From Fimbriosthenelais zetlandica (Eukaryota): DNA of 64,000 nucleotides. The translations under genes and the position numbers were made by a program. The DNA is taken from contig OZ365110.1 of NCBI GenBank assembly GCA_977030845.1, positions 4,712,001 through 4,776,000 on the forward strand. Direction: 5' to 3'. The notes below the pieces were generated by a model, which searched no databases, was not told the origin of the DNA, and saw only the letters and a list, made by a program, of their open reading frames with translations. Below are positions 37,991 to 50,600 of this stretch, piece by piece. The first letter of the stretch is position 1; every line of letters starts with the position of its first letter.

Positions 37991-39516
37991 CTGATGGTGA
38001 GGAAGGTTAAATCTTCAAGCTAGGATTCGCCAGGATCTAGCCTAGATGTCCCTCGCCTAAATCCCTGCATGGAAGCTTGTCAACAGTTCCCGTTGGGAAG
38101 CGATCGACTTCAGACTTCTCCCGCCCTGTATAAGCCCTCCCCCAGTCCCCAAGCTTTGTATTTAAGATCCAATCTGGCTTAGTCCAAAGGCGAGAGAGCG
38201 ACAGAAGAAAGTAGACTAGGTTAAAGGGCTAGCCTTCCTGGCTGCTCCAAAGCGCGTGTTGAGGGTGAACCTGCAAGGCCCCTGTCCCTCGTAAAATCTT
38301 TGCAGTCAACCTTTCCTAAAGGCGGAAGGTTACCTAAAGGCCAGTACCTCGGTCCATACTTTTTGACCCAGGGGTGGCACTTAGGCTCTCTAATCCTTGG
38401 CGGACCAGTGAAGGGTTGAAATCGCCGTGCCTGAGATTATCCTGCATTCAGAGATCGATTGGTTGTACATTGCTAGAAGTGGCAGCGACCAAAGCAACCC
38501 ATACCAACGAGTACAGGACCAAAACGCTATTAATAGGGAAACTCAACTGTATGGTTCGCCAACCCCTTGCAAAGAGTTGAGAACAGCTTGCAATGTGTTC
38601 ATGCGAATGTTTGCAAGCATTCGCCTGTTGTTTGAGAAGAGCTCGCAAATGCCATTCAAACGTTGAAAGCACTTGCATCCAATATCAAAATGTTCTGATT
38701 TTGAATATTAGGTAACTATATGGCCATACAGCTTGCGAACAAGTTGCGAACATATGCTTGCAAACATTTCCAAAGAATTTGTAAGCTTAAACAAATGTGC
38801 ATAGTGGAGGAATATAAAGGATGCCACTCCAATATTCATGGAATTTGAATTGGGAAATCTCTGTTAAAACATCAGATTCAATGTCAAAGGCAATCATGTT
38901 CTTACACTTATCAATAACGTGGCTATCTCTGTTGATTTTGATATTCATCTCAGCTTCAGTTTCTTCTTCTTGTAACGAACAGTTTCCTATTGATTATTCA
39001 CTCTTCTGGAATCATTTCTTGGCCCCAATAGAGGAGGCAACAAGCCTAGACAAGCAATCCATCAATAAAATAGCTGCACTTTGTATGTAACATACATGAC
39101 TACCTATACAAGATACCATGTAGACTAAGTTATGTTACAATTAATTAAACATAGTAAGTCCTATCCAAGCCCTAACCCAAACCTTAAATAGAATATCAAT
39201 AAGCTCTGGAATGATTTTATGTTATCTAATAGAGGCCATTGATTCTTTTATCGGACGCCGATTGCCTTTGATTATGTTTGTGCCAACTAATCAATAGCCA
39301 TAGCATCTCTATTGGAACTATCTGTGAATGGTATGTGGGACGTGTAGCCATCAGTCCAGCAATCGCCAAGTCAATCAAACGAAAGCAAGTAGATTCCCTT
39401 CCAAATTGATGTGCCGGGTGGTGGAACAAAGCGCCGTGTAGCGGTGGATATTTACTAGTCGGCCATTACACGCTTGACTGGACCTGAGCCATTGGTATGC
39501 TGGCTTAGCTACGGAT

Positions 39517-39619
39517 CCCACACTCCCCCACCATCACTCCTATAGGTCTGTCCCACACTCCCCCACCATCACTCCTATAGGTCTGTCCCACACTCCCCCA
39601 CCATCACTTCTATAGGTCT
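39517..39619. repeat. 35-bp minisatellite, about 3 copies (CCCACACTCCCCCACCATCACTCCTATAGGTCTGT)
   Basis: Units at 39517-39551 and 39552-39586 are identical; the third (39587-39619) has one substitution and is truncated. Confidence 0.95.
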
Positions 39620-40403
39620 AGTTACACTAGGCCGATTTCTTCATCAGTGCTTTAAAGCCCGACATTCACCAGCCCGATTTTCATCCCGATCTTAAGGAAC
39701 ACACTAATCCGATTCTTCAATCCGTCGCCATCCGAATCCCCATTTCTAATGGCATCCAATGATTGTAATTTTGTCAGTGGTGAGCCTTCCCTAGGTCTGT
39801 GCAAATTACAAGCATTTGATGTGAATTATAGACATATAGTTTCGGACAGCTATCGGATGGCGGCGCCGGATAGAGAATCTGTTGAGTATGCTCCAGGCTT
39901 TAGCCTGAGAGCTATAATAGTGATTGGTTGCATATTGATGCTTCCTCATTGCCAGCTACAAAGGAGGAAAGCCAGCTTCACCACCTCTCACCACCTCTCA
40001 CCACCCTAGTGATTGTCTTCCTAATGAATTGCGACGACGAGTGGCAAGCCACCTGTCCCCGTCTGGAATCAGCGCCTCTATATCTCTTCCCGGGAGAAGT
40101 TGTACAGTCGGTACTGCCAAGTCCGATTCTCCACGTGGGTGAACACATTCCCATCCTAACCACCCATCTCACTATACGACCCCGTGTTCATATCTTCCCG
40201 TAACCATCTGAAAAGATTCCTATTCCCATATCAGTAATATGTACCCGTGCCATGCTATTTATCCTTGCCATTCAAACCCACTCCCTCTCTCAGCGAGACA
40301 TAAAACATAAAATGAGTTCTATAGACCCAAACGACCCAACGGACAGAGAGATTATTATAGTGAATGTGGAATGACGAATAGGTTTACTAGGAGATTTACT
40401 TTC

Positions 40404-40405
<2 letters not shown>

Positions 40406-40455
<50 letters not shown>

Positions 40456-40760
40456 ACGAGAGAGAGAGAGAGAGAGAGAGAGAGGTGGAGGAGTGGTGAG
40501 AAAGCTGGAGAAGGGAGAGGAGGACGGATGGAGAGTAAGAGACGGAAGGAAACGAAGAGAGGGAGGGAGACAGAGAGACGGAGAGGTAGAGGGGGAGCAT
40601 GGAGAGAGAGAGAGAGAGAGAGAAGAAAAGGACATAAAAATATAGGAGCTAGAGAGAGACAGAGGGAGAGAGAGGTCGAAAGTATGAAAGGAAGGAGAGG
40701 AATGAGGGGAGGGATGAAAGAATAGATGGAGAAAGAGAGAGGCAGGGAGAGGAGAGGGCT
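40406..40760. repeat. (GA)n microsatellite and GA-rich tract
   Basis: Near-perfect (GA)n at 40406-40484, followed by degenerate GA repeats. Confidence 0.95.
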
Positions 40761-42359
40761 GCCTGATGTTTAGTACCATTTTTATAGACCACTCTCTAGG
40801 AGTGTGCCAGTAGTAAAACCGTCTTAACGGCGAGTAAGAAATAAAAGTACTTGTCATAATCCAAAGTTGTTATAATTTCCCTGGCGGTTTGCGGCAAAGT
40901 TGATTCCCGTGTTTCTTATGGACATTGTTGGTCTCCAGCTAAATTAAATCGACAAGTGTTTCTGTCCGAGTGTAAAGGATCAAGACAACAATTTGGGATA
41001 TGGGATGGGAATTTCTTATTCTGAACATTGGAGAACTATACAGCGTAGGACTGGAGCTAGAGCCATTTTAGGCAATTAAGTAACTCTAGCAGAAGTAGTA
41101 AAGGGACAACACAAACAAGACATACATGTAGGAAAAGAAATGGAGGCAAGGGGGAAAAGATGACAGTAATTAGGAGAACAGAAGGAAGAACCAACAGAAG
41201 TACCTCTTTATTATAAGAAAGAAGAACTTCATCAACATTTCCGATCTGGATATAGATAATTATGTGACTGTCTTGGCTAAGTATATCAATAAGTAAAAGG
41301 CAATTCATGAAGTGAAGGGATTCCCCCCACCCTCCCTACCCTAAATGTTATGAATAACTCAGACTCAAGTCAGTGAAACATCCCCCAGACATAGGACTAT
41401 GACAATATTTGCACCCCAATCAGCCTGATCAGAAAAGGGGACTTCCGATATTATACATTATATGTATATTGAATCTAGTTTGCCTTGGTGAAAGTTATTT
41501 AAGGAGACTGCAGTGTTTCCTGTGTGACTTTTTCAGGCTTTTCCATCAGTTTCTTCTACAGAAGACTTCCAGGAAGGTACACTTTATAGCGGGAGTCCAT
41601 CAGAAGGCCTATCCATCGTCAACATGTGCAGCCTTTGCCCTTCTCCCAGCCATTCCTTCATCCATCTCATCCCTGGCCCTCCTTGTATAGACCTTTAGGC
41701 GTTTACCCCTCCGGTCAGAGAAATAATTGATTTTTGTCTGTGTGCCGAGTCTGATGATGTTTCCTCACATTTCAGACTGGTGTAAATAGTGGAAAAATGT
41801 CTGCCAGGGGGTCAAAGGCAGCGACTATGCGTTGTATTTCCATTGGGAATATGCTCCATGTTCAAATTCCCAAGCAGGAATAAAAGTTCATATTCCAGTT
41901 GTATTTATTGAAATAAAATGCCAGTCAAATTACAAAACAAATTTTGAATATTCAATAATTTTCTACTATAAATCCAGAGAAAATGGTTATAGGAAGTCTG
42001 GGGGAAATCAATTGGATTTTAAATATTTACTCTGAGCAGACCATTAAAAGGTTTTTTGTCTTGACTTCAGACTAAAATCTACCTGACTGTAGGAATTTGC
42101 CAGTGGATACTCTTCTATAGACATGTTGCCCATTGAAGCGCAGAGATAAAAGCAAGGTTTAAATAGGCCTCGGTGGGTAATCCCTTCCTATAGCAGTTCA
42201 TTGTTAAAGGAATTGACCTTTTGTCCATTGTCTTCCATTGATTGTGACATACAAGGGCTTCAGAACAGCTAACCCCATTATGCTTAATGTTTTATATAAA
42301 TAAGCAAATAAGTAGGCCTAAGTGTCAGGTTTTGGTCAGATCTCTTACCATATTTTTGA

Positions 42360-42585
42360 TAAAATAGGCAGAAATTCTCCAATCGAATGACTGCAACTTA
42401 AACTCAGTTTGTGACCAAATGTATACCCTAAGTTGAACAGATGAAGGCTTGATTGAGTATCTTGGGTATACTTCAAAATATCTCAAGTCCAAAACGAGCA
42501 GAAATTAACGAACCTATCACTGCAAATTAGGCCTATAGGACAGAATGTCACCCAAAGTTGGACAGATGAAAGCAAGATTGAGTAG
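42360..42585. repeat. degenerate tandem duplication, period about 125-133 bp
   Basis: aatgtataccctaagttgaacagatgaaggcttgattgagta (42418-42459) versus aatgtcacccaaagttggacagatgaaagcaagattgagta (42544-42584). The gcagaaatt and ctgcaa motifs upstream are also paired. Confidence 0.55.
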
Positions 42586-42949
42586 TTGAAAAGTTGGTGT
42601 TTCCTCCTATAAGGAGTGAGGGAAAGTTAATCATAATTAGGTGAGCATCTGTCTCTCTTCCTCTTCCCTTCCTGTATGCTTCATAGTAAGAATTTACTTC
42701 TATGTTTGCAGTATACACCCCTGTCTTCACCATCTATTCTAATTTCCTTTGTGTGTCACATTTTTAGTTAGATATATGTATAAGAAATAAGCACGGCAGA
42801 GGGTCTTTAACACTACAATGAATGGGAAAATAGGACCCAATAGGAGATGGGTGATACACAGTCAATAGCAAGCCTATAGACTAATCTTAAGTCCCACTGA
42901 ACGGTTTTCTGGAGGTATACGTCATGCAGATCAGCAGTGAAGAGTTGAC

Positions 42950-43250
42950 TGATGTACTGCAAGAAAAACCCCCATTCACTGCAGCAGACTTAAGTCTTGA
43001 AAGTTATTTATTCACTGAGAATCTTCAAGTATATGCCATTATGCGTCAGCACCCAGTGCTGCTAACTGGGATAGCCATGTTTGCCTGTAGTCAGAGACCT
43101 GTAAATGAACCATTTCTTCTGTTCGGGAAGTACAGACTCTTGTAGGTCCACAGCATGTATCCGTCGTGAATACTTTCTGACAGGATTTTAAACATATTCC
43201 CAATTGTTTGTATTAAATAACCCCCTTGCAGAATATGTGAGGAAAACAAA
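42950..43250 (-). mobile_element. possible decayed L1/Tx1-type endonuclease fragment
   Basis: Minus-strand peptides FLTYSARGLFN / FKILSESIHD / AVDLQESVL...KKW resemble the APE start N.RGL....F..L....D...LQETH. Frameshifts are required. Confidence 0.3.
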
Positions 43251-44584
43251 CTTAACACCCGCCAAACGAGCTGCTCCAAGCTTCCAGTTCAGGAGCAAAT
43301 GGGACCTGGCGAGTGGCACCTGCACTGCCTCTATCAATGGACCATAAATCAGGCAAGAACACGTTGATTTTCCTTCAGTCCCTGGCCCCTTGCTCTCAGA
43401 CCCTTCAGAAAGTCATATAAAATAGAGAGAAAGTCAGGTTTTTACGTCCGGGGACCCAGTGCAAACGTATAGATAAGTGTTTCCTGTGTCATCCAGTGGC
43501 AATGCAATGTTCTCAGACACATGCATTGTTAATACTTATCTCGACACAACTACTGGACTCAAAATATATTGTTGTCATCCAGGAACGCAAGCAGCAATTT
43601 GACTGGTTGGGTGTAACTTCATATTTTGAGACAAAGAGGTTTTCAAGCGATGACGTAAATTAATTACAACAGTCAACGAACAGGCAGGGATTTCTATGGG
43701 CCTCAGACACCAGATTTTGCAGTTTACTGCAATTTCATCTATCGGATTAGGAAAAAACTCAAGAAACCAACAAATGAAATCCTTGGAGATAATATAGAAA
43801 ATAAAGCAATCAGGTCAAGATTCATAAACGGAGATCCAAACCACGGCGGAGGGGGGTTGGGGGACATCCTTTTTTCCTTTGGGGGCATTTTCTAAAGGGG
43901 GGTTGCAACCCCTCATAAACCATACCCCCCAGTTCTACCCTGATATATATATATATGTACATATATGCGAGTTGCTATCTGAAGACAAAGAGAAAAGAGA
44001 CCTGTGAACCTGGTACATAATACAGAATGTGGGTTTGTCTCGTGGGGATGTACGCTTACATTGTAAGATGATCATTATTAATGAAATGATCCCAGCACTA
44101 TAAACTATTATCACGCCAGCATCTCTCATAATGAATGACAGTGTGGCAGAAGGCCAGCTATATGGATCCATCCATCACATACCTTCCCACAAAAATATCC
44201 AATTAGCTGTGTTCAGTCGGTCCTTTACCTTTGTGCTGCTTCTTCGTGGGAATCAGGCAACTGGGAAGTTTTTCAGACTTGCTATATATAAGTACATATA
44301 GTGTCTTAGACAAAAGGATATTGTCTTATACTGGTCTACAATGGTCTGGGATATATTGTATACAAGAGTCCGTCATTGTCCCTTGCCGTTGTCTTTCTCA
44401 TGAATTCGTTAAAACAAATTAATCAAATCTCAGTGAATCAGATTCATTGCATCGTCAAATTGAACACCATTTGGTTCCTTTCTTTACGATTGAGAGGGGA
44501 CCTAATGTATCTATTTTTCTTGTTGTTAATGCATTTTCATTTTTAAATGCTGAGCAAATTAGCTCCTCACTGTCAAGGATAGTG

Positions 44585-44925
44585 GGGAACCCTCGCCAAA
44601 ACCCTCACCCTCGCAGAGACCAATTAAAGTATCACGACTATCATTCAAAGCAATGGTGCTATGCATATAGTATTGAAGTGTTGCAGAACCCTCACCAGGC
44701 AGTCAACAGCTTAAAAAATCTGACGATGGTCACGCGAGCCCAGGGCTATCACAATCCTCGCCAATATGCAACAGACGAGGGTGCTATAAGCAATTAATTA
44801 TGCAACTATAACCAAATCCTCCTCAAATCTCAAGTTACCCTTGCTCGACTGTCACCACCTGGCACAAAACCTCAAAATCAATTTGGCGAGGGTTGTGCGA
44901 GCCCTCTCAACGACCCTCGCCAAGA
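44585..44925. repeat. CCCTCGCCA-motif-rich element, probable non-autonomous transposon remnant
   Basis: About seven CC(C)TC(G/A)CCA-like motifs in both orientations within 340 bp; three more cluster near 56248-56280. Confidence 0.5.
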
Positions 44926-46033
44926 TATATATACAACGGGTTGAATGAGTTAACTACTTCCCTATACTACACTGTCTATTGTTTAAGGCGTATTTAGCTG
45001 GTGTAAGTGGGAATGAAGAGTAGCTCACAATAGACCGAGCACTTCCACAAGGCCAAGCGGTGATAAAGCAAGTGTAGGTGGCCGTTTTCTGTCACTTTCT
45101 GCTCCCAACTGCCTTAAGTCCCACGTTAATGACTCACTACCAGCTTCTAGTCTCCTCCTCGTCCTGACAGGCTTATGTTCGCCTCCCAGGTTCACTGTGT
45201 ACTCAGACAGGTAAAGCTGATCGTAATTCACACAGCAGGATATAGCTAAGTAACCAGCTTGATCCGCTGTCCACCCTCCGCAGGTTCAACGTTAATTAGT
45301 ATAGCGAGTGACTGTTTCTTTAAAAGTGACTGTTTCTACTGAGCAATTTTTTTTAGCTGAGATTAGAAGGAAACACGCTGCTGACCCAAAATGGCATGAT
45401 ACTCCCCAGTGCAGTAAGGTTTATTCTATGCATGCCTCTCTTCATAGGCAATGGGGACAGGACTGGTTTTTGATGTGCCAGTTAACAGCACAATGGGTGG
45501 AGAAAACCCCGAGAATATTTGGGAGAATATATTTTCAAAAGAATTGATCAGATTGTATGGAAGTATTTTAAATTTTCTCCTCGCTTCAAATTATAGGTTT
45601 CCTTGTCGAGATGCTCATACTCGAACCAATCCTGATGAGAAATTAATACCAAATGAGACTGTATTCATCACATGAGGCTGTACTCATCACAATAATCCAA
45701 ACCCTAATCCATATTTGATTTGCTACGGCAACACCAACTTGATGCCACTTGCCCTTTGCCCTGGGCCAGTATAATACCGAGGATAAGATCAACATTTAGT
45801 CAGCTAATAGCCCCGTATGTTTCTCCTGGCCCGAGGCCCTTCCACCTCACAGGTGCCAATATTTGAAGCTCGAGCCGAGGCCGGAGCCCGAGGAAATAAT
45901 GATCTGTTTGAAAAGTGCAAATCATGGGTCGGAGGAGCACATGGTGGAGGCTCATAGATCATAGGGGAGGGGTGGTGGTGCATGGGGGAATGTTAGCACA
46001 GGTGGCCTGATCTATGACCATCTTCTGACCAAG

Positions 46034-46172
46034 NNNNNNNNNNNNNNNNNNNNNNNNNNNNNNNNNNNNNNNNNNNNNNNNNNNNNNNNNNNNNNNNNNN
46101 NNNNNNNNNNNNNNNNNNNNNNNNNNNNNNNNNNNNNNNNNNNNNNNNNNNNNNNNNNNNNNNNNNNNNNNN
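46034..46172. other. assembly gap (139 N)
   Basis: Run of N characters. Confidence 1.
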
Positions 46173-47089
46173 GGATGAGAGAATAGCCCTAAAGGTATAT
46201 GGGGTCCTCACTAATTCCACCCTTGACTCAATACAAGGGGTTATTTACAGTTTGGAATGAAATGAAAACTTCCCAATAATGACCTCAGGAATGCAGGGCT
46301 TCTTAAGAGGACACTGAAGCCTATAGGATAAATATTGGCCAGAATAGTTTGGCAGGAATAGAAATTTAAGCTAGTGCCAGAGGTAAAGGAACATTTAATC
46401 GCTCCATGTATGTGTATGATATTGATTAGTTTTTGAAAGTTTCCACTATCACTTCGGGGAATGAAATCTACGACCTGTCTCTTAAATTCTTGATGATTTC
46501 TAAGGATGAAAAATTGTTTTCATGGTATTTATACGGTACAGGAGGGGAATTAAAAATGCTAATAAAAACATTGACAAAACCAGGCATTCAATCTATATAA
46601 AGGCCAGGCCAGGCCAATCTGGCAAACAAACAGAGATAGAAAGTATAAAAAGATGTATTTAGCAGAGCCTAACACCATCAATCTTTTTTTCAAGCTACTT
46701 GTTGACAGTTTGATTTCAAATGAATACCTGCTCATTACAATAGGAAGAATGGGAATGAGAGTTGTACACAAATAGTTATAGTGAAAAGAGGAGCTAAAAT
46801 TATTCAGATCCTTCTACAAAAAGGCCTAGTGAAATGCGGAAACTTTCACTGTGAGCTCGTCCACCGATAACAGCAGAAAAACTAAAATTGGCAGATCGCT
46901 CCGGAGAGTTTAGCTCGCTTTCTATGAATTCCCCATGCCAAGAACGAAAGGGGAGACAAATAGAAAGAGCCAAATATCTGTTCAGACATCAAAAAGTGAA
47001 TTAGAGAGGTGGTGTTAGAGGGTGTTCGCGGGGAGTAGATGAGCGTGGGAGTGATGTGTTTTGTGTTTCTATTTTCTGTTATCATATCT

Positions 47090-47200
47090 GTGAGAAACCG
47101 GAAGTAAGAGGAAACCATGGGCTTGATAGCGTCACTTCCCTCATATCGCTTCTTCCCGCCCCCTAAACCCACCTGGATCCCCCCCCCCCCCCCACCACCA
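47090..47200. promoter_or_regulatory. housekeeping-promoter-like motif cluster (ETS, GC box)
   Basis: ACCGGAAGT at 47097-47105, CACTTCC near 47133, TTCCCGCCCCC near 47153, flanked by C-rich tracts. Confidence 0.3.
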
Positions 47201-48576
47201 ATCCCCCTTCTTCTTCACTCCTCTTTCTCCTATTTCTGAGATCGACCTCCTCAGCCTTCTCTTTCTCTGACAATTATGTTGATCATAATATTTTACAGAA
47301 ACTCAGTTTTCACTTATTATGGCTCACTCTGAACACATCATGGCTACGTAACCAAAATTACCTTCCCCCCCCCCCCCCCCTCCCCCTGTCTCCCCCTCTC
47401 TCTCTCTCATGATCATAACTGTTCCTAGATGTTCTCAGATGCCCTAAAGGTGAGATTTATTTAGAGAAACTGGCGGAAATGCCTCTAAAATCTACCTTGG
47501 ATTTCAGTCGATGCCAGGCAACGAAGACAAATTCAGTCCCACCCACACATTTATCACTGGATGTCATCTAGATCGTTCATCTTACAAAATAGTTCTCACA
47601 TACATCATTGCAATGAAAGCTATACTATAATGTAGACTGATATATACTGATAAGCCAACAGACATCAACAGACTAAATGTTCAAATAAATAAATTTATGG
47701 AAAGTTTTGGAATATTTAAAATGGCAATGGCATCAAGATTCGATAATTTGTAGTTGGTCATGTATTTCACTTTTTGGTCCTGTATTATTTACAGGACCCT
47801 CATGTAATTTGGCAGTGTCGAGCCTAAGGAGCTGTTGGGTGATTGGACAGAATTTCCAAAGATCTCCATCTCTTGGTTCGTCTGCTTGGTGATGTGGACT
47901 TAGCTTTAATACCACGAAATACTTGCATGCACAGTCCAATTCAATTTCTCATAGCAATTAGCAGAATTCACATTCCGAACATGATAGATTCAATTGGACA
48001 AATTAAATGACAGTGGGAAAGTGAATCCTAAATATTAAATGCTGGAGACAGATATAACTCCACCCAATAATCATGAAATTTGGACGAGACGATTATGAAA
48101 AGGCCAATTTAATTCCAAATTAGAAAAGTAATTCCATAAATTGGAAATAAGACTCTTGTTGGTATTCGTCCCCCGGGGATTGTGAATGATACAATTCTAT
48201 TATTATATAGGCCTACACGTACCATAGTTACTTGCTATCCACAATTGGACTGGAACTTAATAATATTATGTATAAGCCTATGACACTTGCATCCTTGAGT
48301 CTCATGGGGCGATAGAGTACAACATTTCCATGATATATTGATCATCCGACTACCATCTGTTTGCTGATTTTGAAAACAACCCAAAAGCAAATTCAACAGG
48401 GAGTTTGGAGGCACAACAGCAGCTAAATAAGTATTCGCCTATCATGGCACAAATATAAGTAATAGCTTTTTTCAAGCCAGTGTGCAAGAGATTATCGATT
48501 TAAATCCCCTTGCAGTAGCATACAGTTTATGTGCATGCTAACAATTGCTGCTCCAATACCAAAAACTTGTTGTTCC

Positions 48577-48783
48577 TTTTACATGCCATCTCACCATAGA
48601 CAGTGGAAGATATGGCTAGCATTTTACATGCCTCTCATCATAGACAGTGGAAGATATGGCTAGCATTTTACATGCCTCTCATCATAGACAGTGGAAGATA
48701 TGGCTAGCTTTTACATGCCATCTCACCATAGACAGTGGAAGATATGGCTAGCATTTTACATGCCTCTCATCATAGACAGTGGA
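48577..48783. repeat. 43-45-bp minisatellite, about 4.7 copies, variant order A-B-B-A-B
   Basis: Unit TTTTACATGCC(A)TCTCA(C/T)CATAGACAGTGGAAGATATGGCTAGC(A). Variant A starts at 48577 and 48709. Confidence 0.95.
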
Positions 48784-48821
48784 CTGATATCCTACAGCAG
48801 TGGGAAGCGAACAAAAATGGC

Positions 48822-48899
48822 AAATTTAGAGAAAGTTTAGGGAATTGAACCTGGGATCTCCCACACTCAAGTCGATCACTCTTAACCACTGCCCCACCT
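48822..48899 (-). mobile_element. tRNA-related SINE head, family 2
   Basis: Minus strand has an A-box-like TGGGGCAGTGG (48896-48886) and B-box GGTTCAATTCCC (48851-48840). It aligns with the plus-strand copy at 53184-53255. Confidence 0.6.
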
Positions 48900-50122
48900 C
48901 ATCATTGTCTGAAATACACATCTGGGTAACCTGGTGACCCACACCTGCCGACACACACACCTGGCAGGTGTAATTGATTAGGAATGTCAGTAAGAAACTA
49001 CAGGTATTCTGAACATCTGAGATAGCCTGCAATTAGGTGGGATAGATTGATGTTTGTTGAGAGGTGTATATCTCAGAAATGATGCATTTTATCATGTTTA
49101 TCGCTTCTGATATTTCGGCCATGGCTTGTTAGGGGACAGGGAATGTCGTGTTGGGGTGCGCTATGCTTGTCAGTGGGCACATTCAACATTCACCCTACCA
49201 CCACTAACTGACAGGACAGGGAGCAAAAGGTCGAGCAAAAACTAGCAGAGCAAATATGTTCTACACTTAAATGATCTGAGCCTTTGTTCTCCTTTCGTTT
49301 GGTCGTTTATCAGTATTTTTGTTGTAGATATGCTTTTGATAGTCTTAAATTGTATACTCCCTGCCCCTGCTAAAGTGAAAGTTGGGCAGGTGAATTTAAG
49401 TCTGGACCTACCAAGCTCAAAGACAGCAACGTATCGTTTAATTTTGAATATTTCTACCATTCCATCTGTCGATTTGGATGCATAGTGGATGGCAATATTA
49501 TAGTCAGAACAAGGCAATCAGTCCTAGACCTGATAATGTTTAGAACTTCAGAACTTAGTAAACCTAAACATTTTTATTTTATTATAATAATTATAATTTT
49601 TCATGCAATTCCTTTCGGGTGTTAATAATTTTAGAGTGGAGACTTGGGTGTGGCCATTCAATGGTGAACGAGGGGAGCAAGTGGGTCAGTTCTCCAGGTG
49701 TGTACTAAAGGATTATCTCTCTTTATCTACCCTGGAGTATGGACACCAACAGGTGTGGCTTATCTTTGAGCTACAGCCTACCAACCATAGAGAACCTCGA
49801 CATCCAGGTGGTCAAATGTTCCAATTAAGCCCAATTAACATTCTCAATACTGTAGTGGAAGCTCACTACAGTATTGAGGCCACCTCAACGAAGTGACCAT
49901 CACACTCTACTACGACCAGTAAAGGATTTTTTTTAGTTCGAATTTTTATAGAGCCTGTTATGGGTGAATACCAGCTCACACTCACAGTTTCTCGTATGAT
50001 TTTCAGCTGGGGGCTCTTTCTATGTGCATTACTAGATTGCCTTCTGTGCGATGGATATTTCTAGGTGCATGTGCTCTAGGACATATGTACAACCGTGAGG
50101 AGGGAGGCATTGGAAATGCCTT

Positions 50123-50212
50123 GGACAGCTCGGGGATTTGAACCGCCGACCCTTCGATCATTGGTCAATCACCCTGTATGAGCTGGCGCTCTAGCCAACT
50201 GAGCTAACTCCC
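50123..50212 (-). mobile_element. tRNA-derived SINE head / pseudo-tRNA, family 1
   Basis: gggagttagctcagttggctagagcgccagctcatac...ggtcggcggttcaaatccccgagctgtcc has a good A box, D stem (gctc/gagc) and B box. The anticodon stem is unpaired and carries an insert of about 20 nt. A second copy lies at 54891. Confidence 0.7.
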
Positions 50213-50549
50213 AGGATCATTAATGTATCACTATAATAACTTCCTCTCTAACTTCCAAAAGATATGAAGAGGTCTGATACCTCAGACCTATTAAGAAGGG
50301 CAGTCCCGCCAGCCCATTTCAAAACAAAAATAGCCATAGACTTAACATTGCTAATTTCTCTTTTGAAATAGACCCTTGAGTTTAAAGGACAATAACAGGG
50401 TAGGGACACATAGGTATGCACGTGAAATAGCAGATTGATTACACCGTTCGTCAATAAAAGTTTTTTTTTTATATCCATGGGGAAAGAGAAATCCGTGTTA
50501 AAAGTGTCAAACTATGCATGGTACAGTATGTTTCCCGATTCCCAATGAT

Positions 50550-50600
50550 GCCCGCCATTTCGGATTATGCGCATGCGCACTGTAGGGCTGTGACGTACAG
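50550..50600. promoter_or_regulatory. NRF1-type palindrome with YY1-like and CRE half-site neighbours
   Basis: Perfect TGCGCATGCGCA at 50568-50579, CGCCATTT at 50553 and TGACGT at 50591. Confidence 0.35.

Noticed and set aside
39517-39619. 35-bp repeat of CRISPR-like length
   Set aside because: No spacers; simple tandem array.
40396-40857. 153-aa SL-repeat ORF
   Set aside because: It is a translation of a (GA)n microsatellite.
41550-41700. minus-strand WLG...HM..D as an RTE C-terminal motif
   Set aside because: Spacing does not fit and flanking motifs are absent.
48577-48783. CRISPR-like regular repeat
   Set aside because: The units are head-to-tail with no unique spacers, there are no cas genes and the context is eukaryotic; it is a minisatellite.
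50123-50212. functional tRNA-Met gene
   Set aside because: The anticodon stem cannot pair and the acceptor and T stems are imperfect. A diverged, truncated sibling exists at 54891, so it is more consistent with a SINE head.
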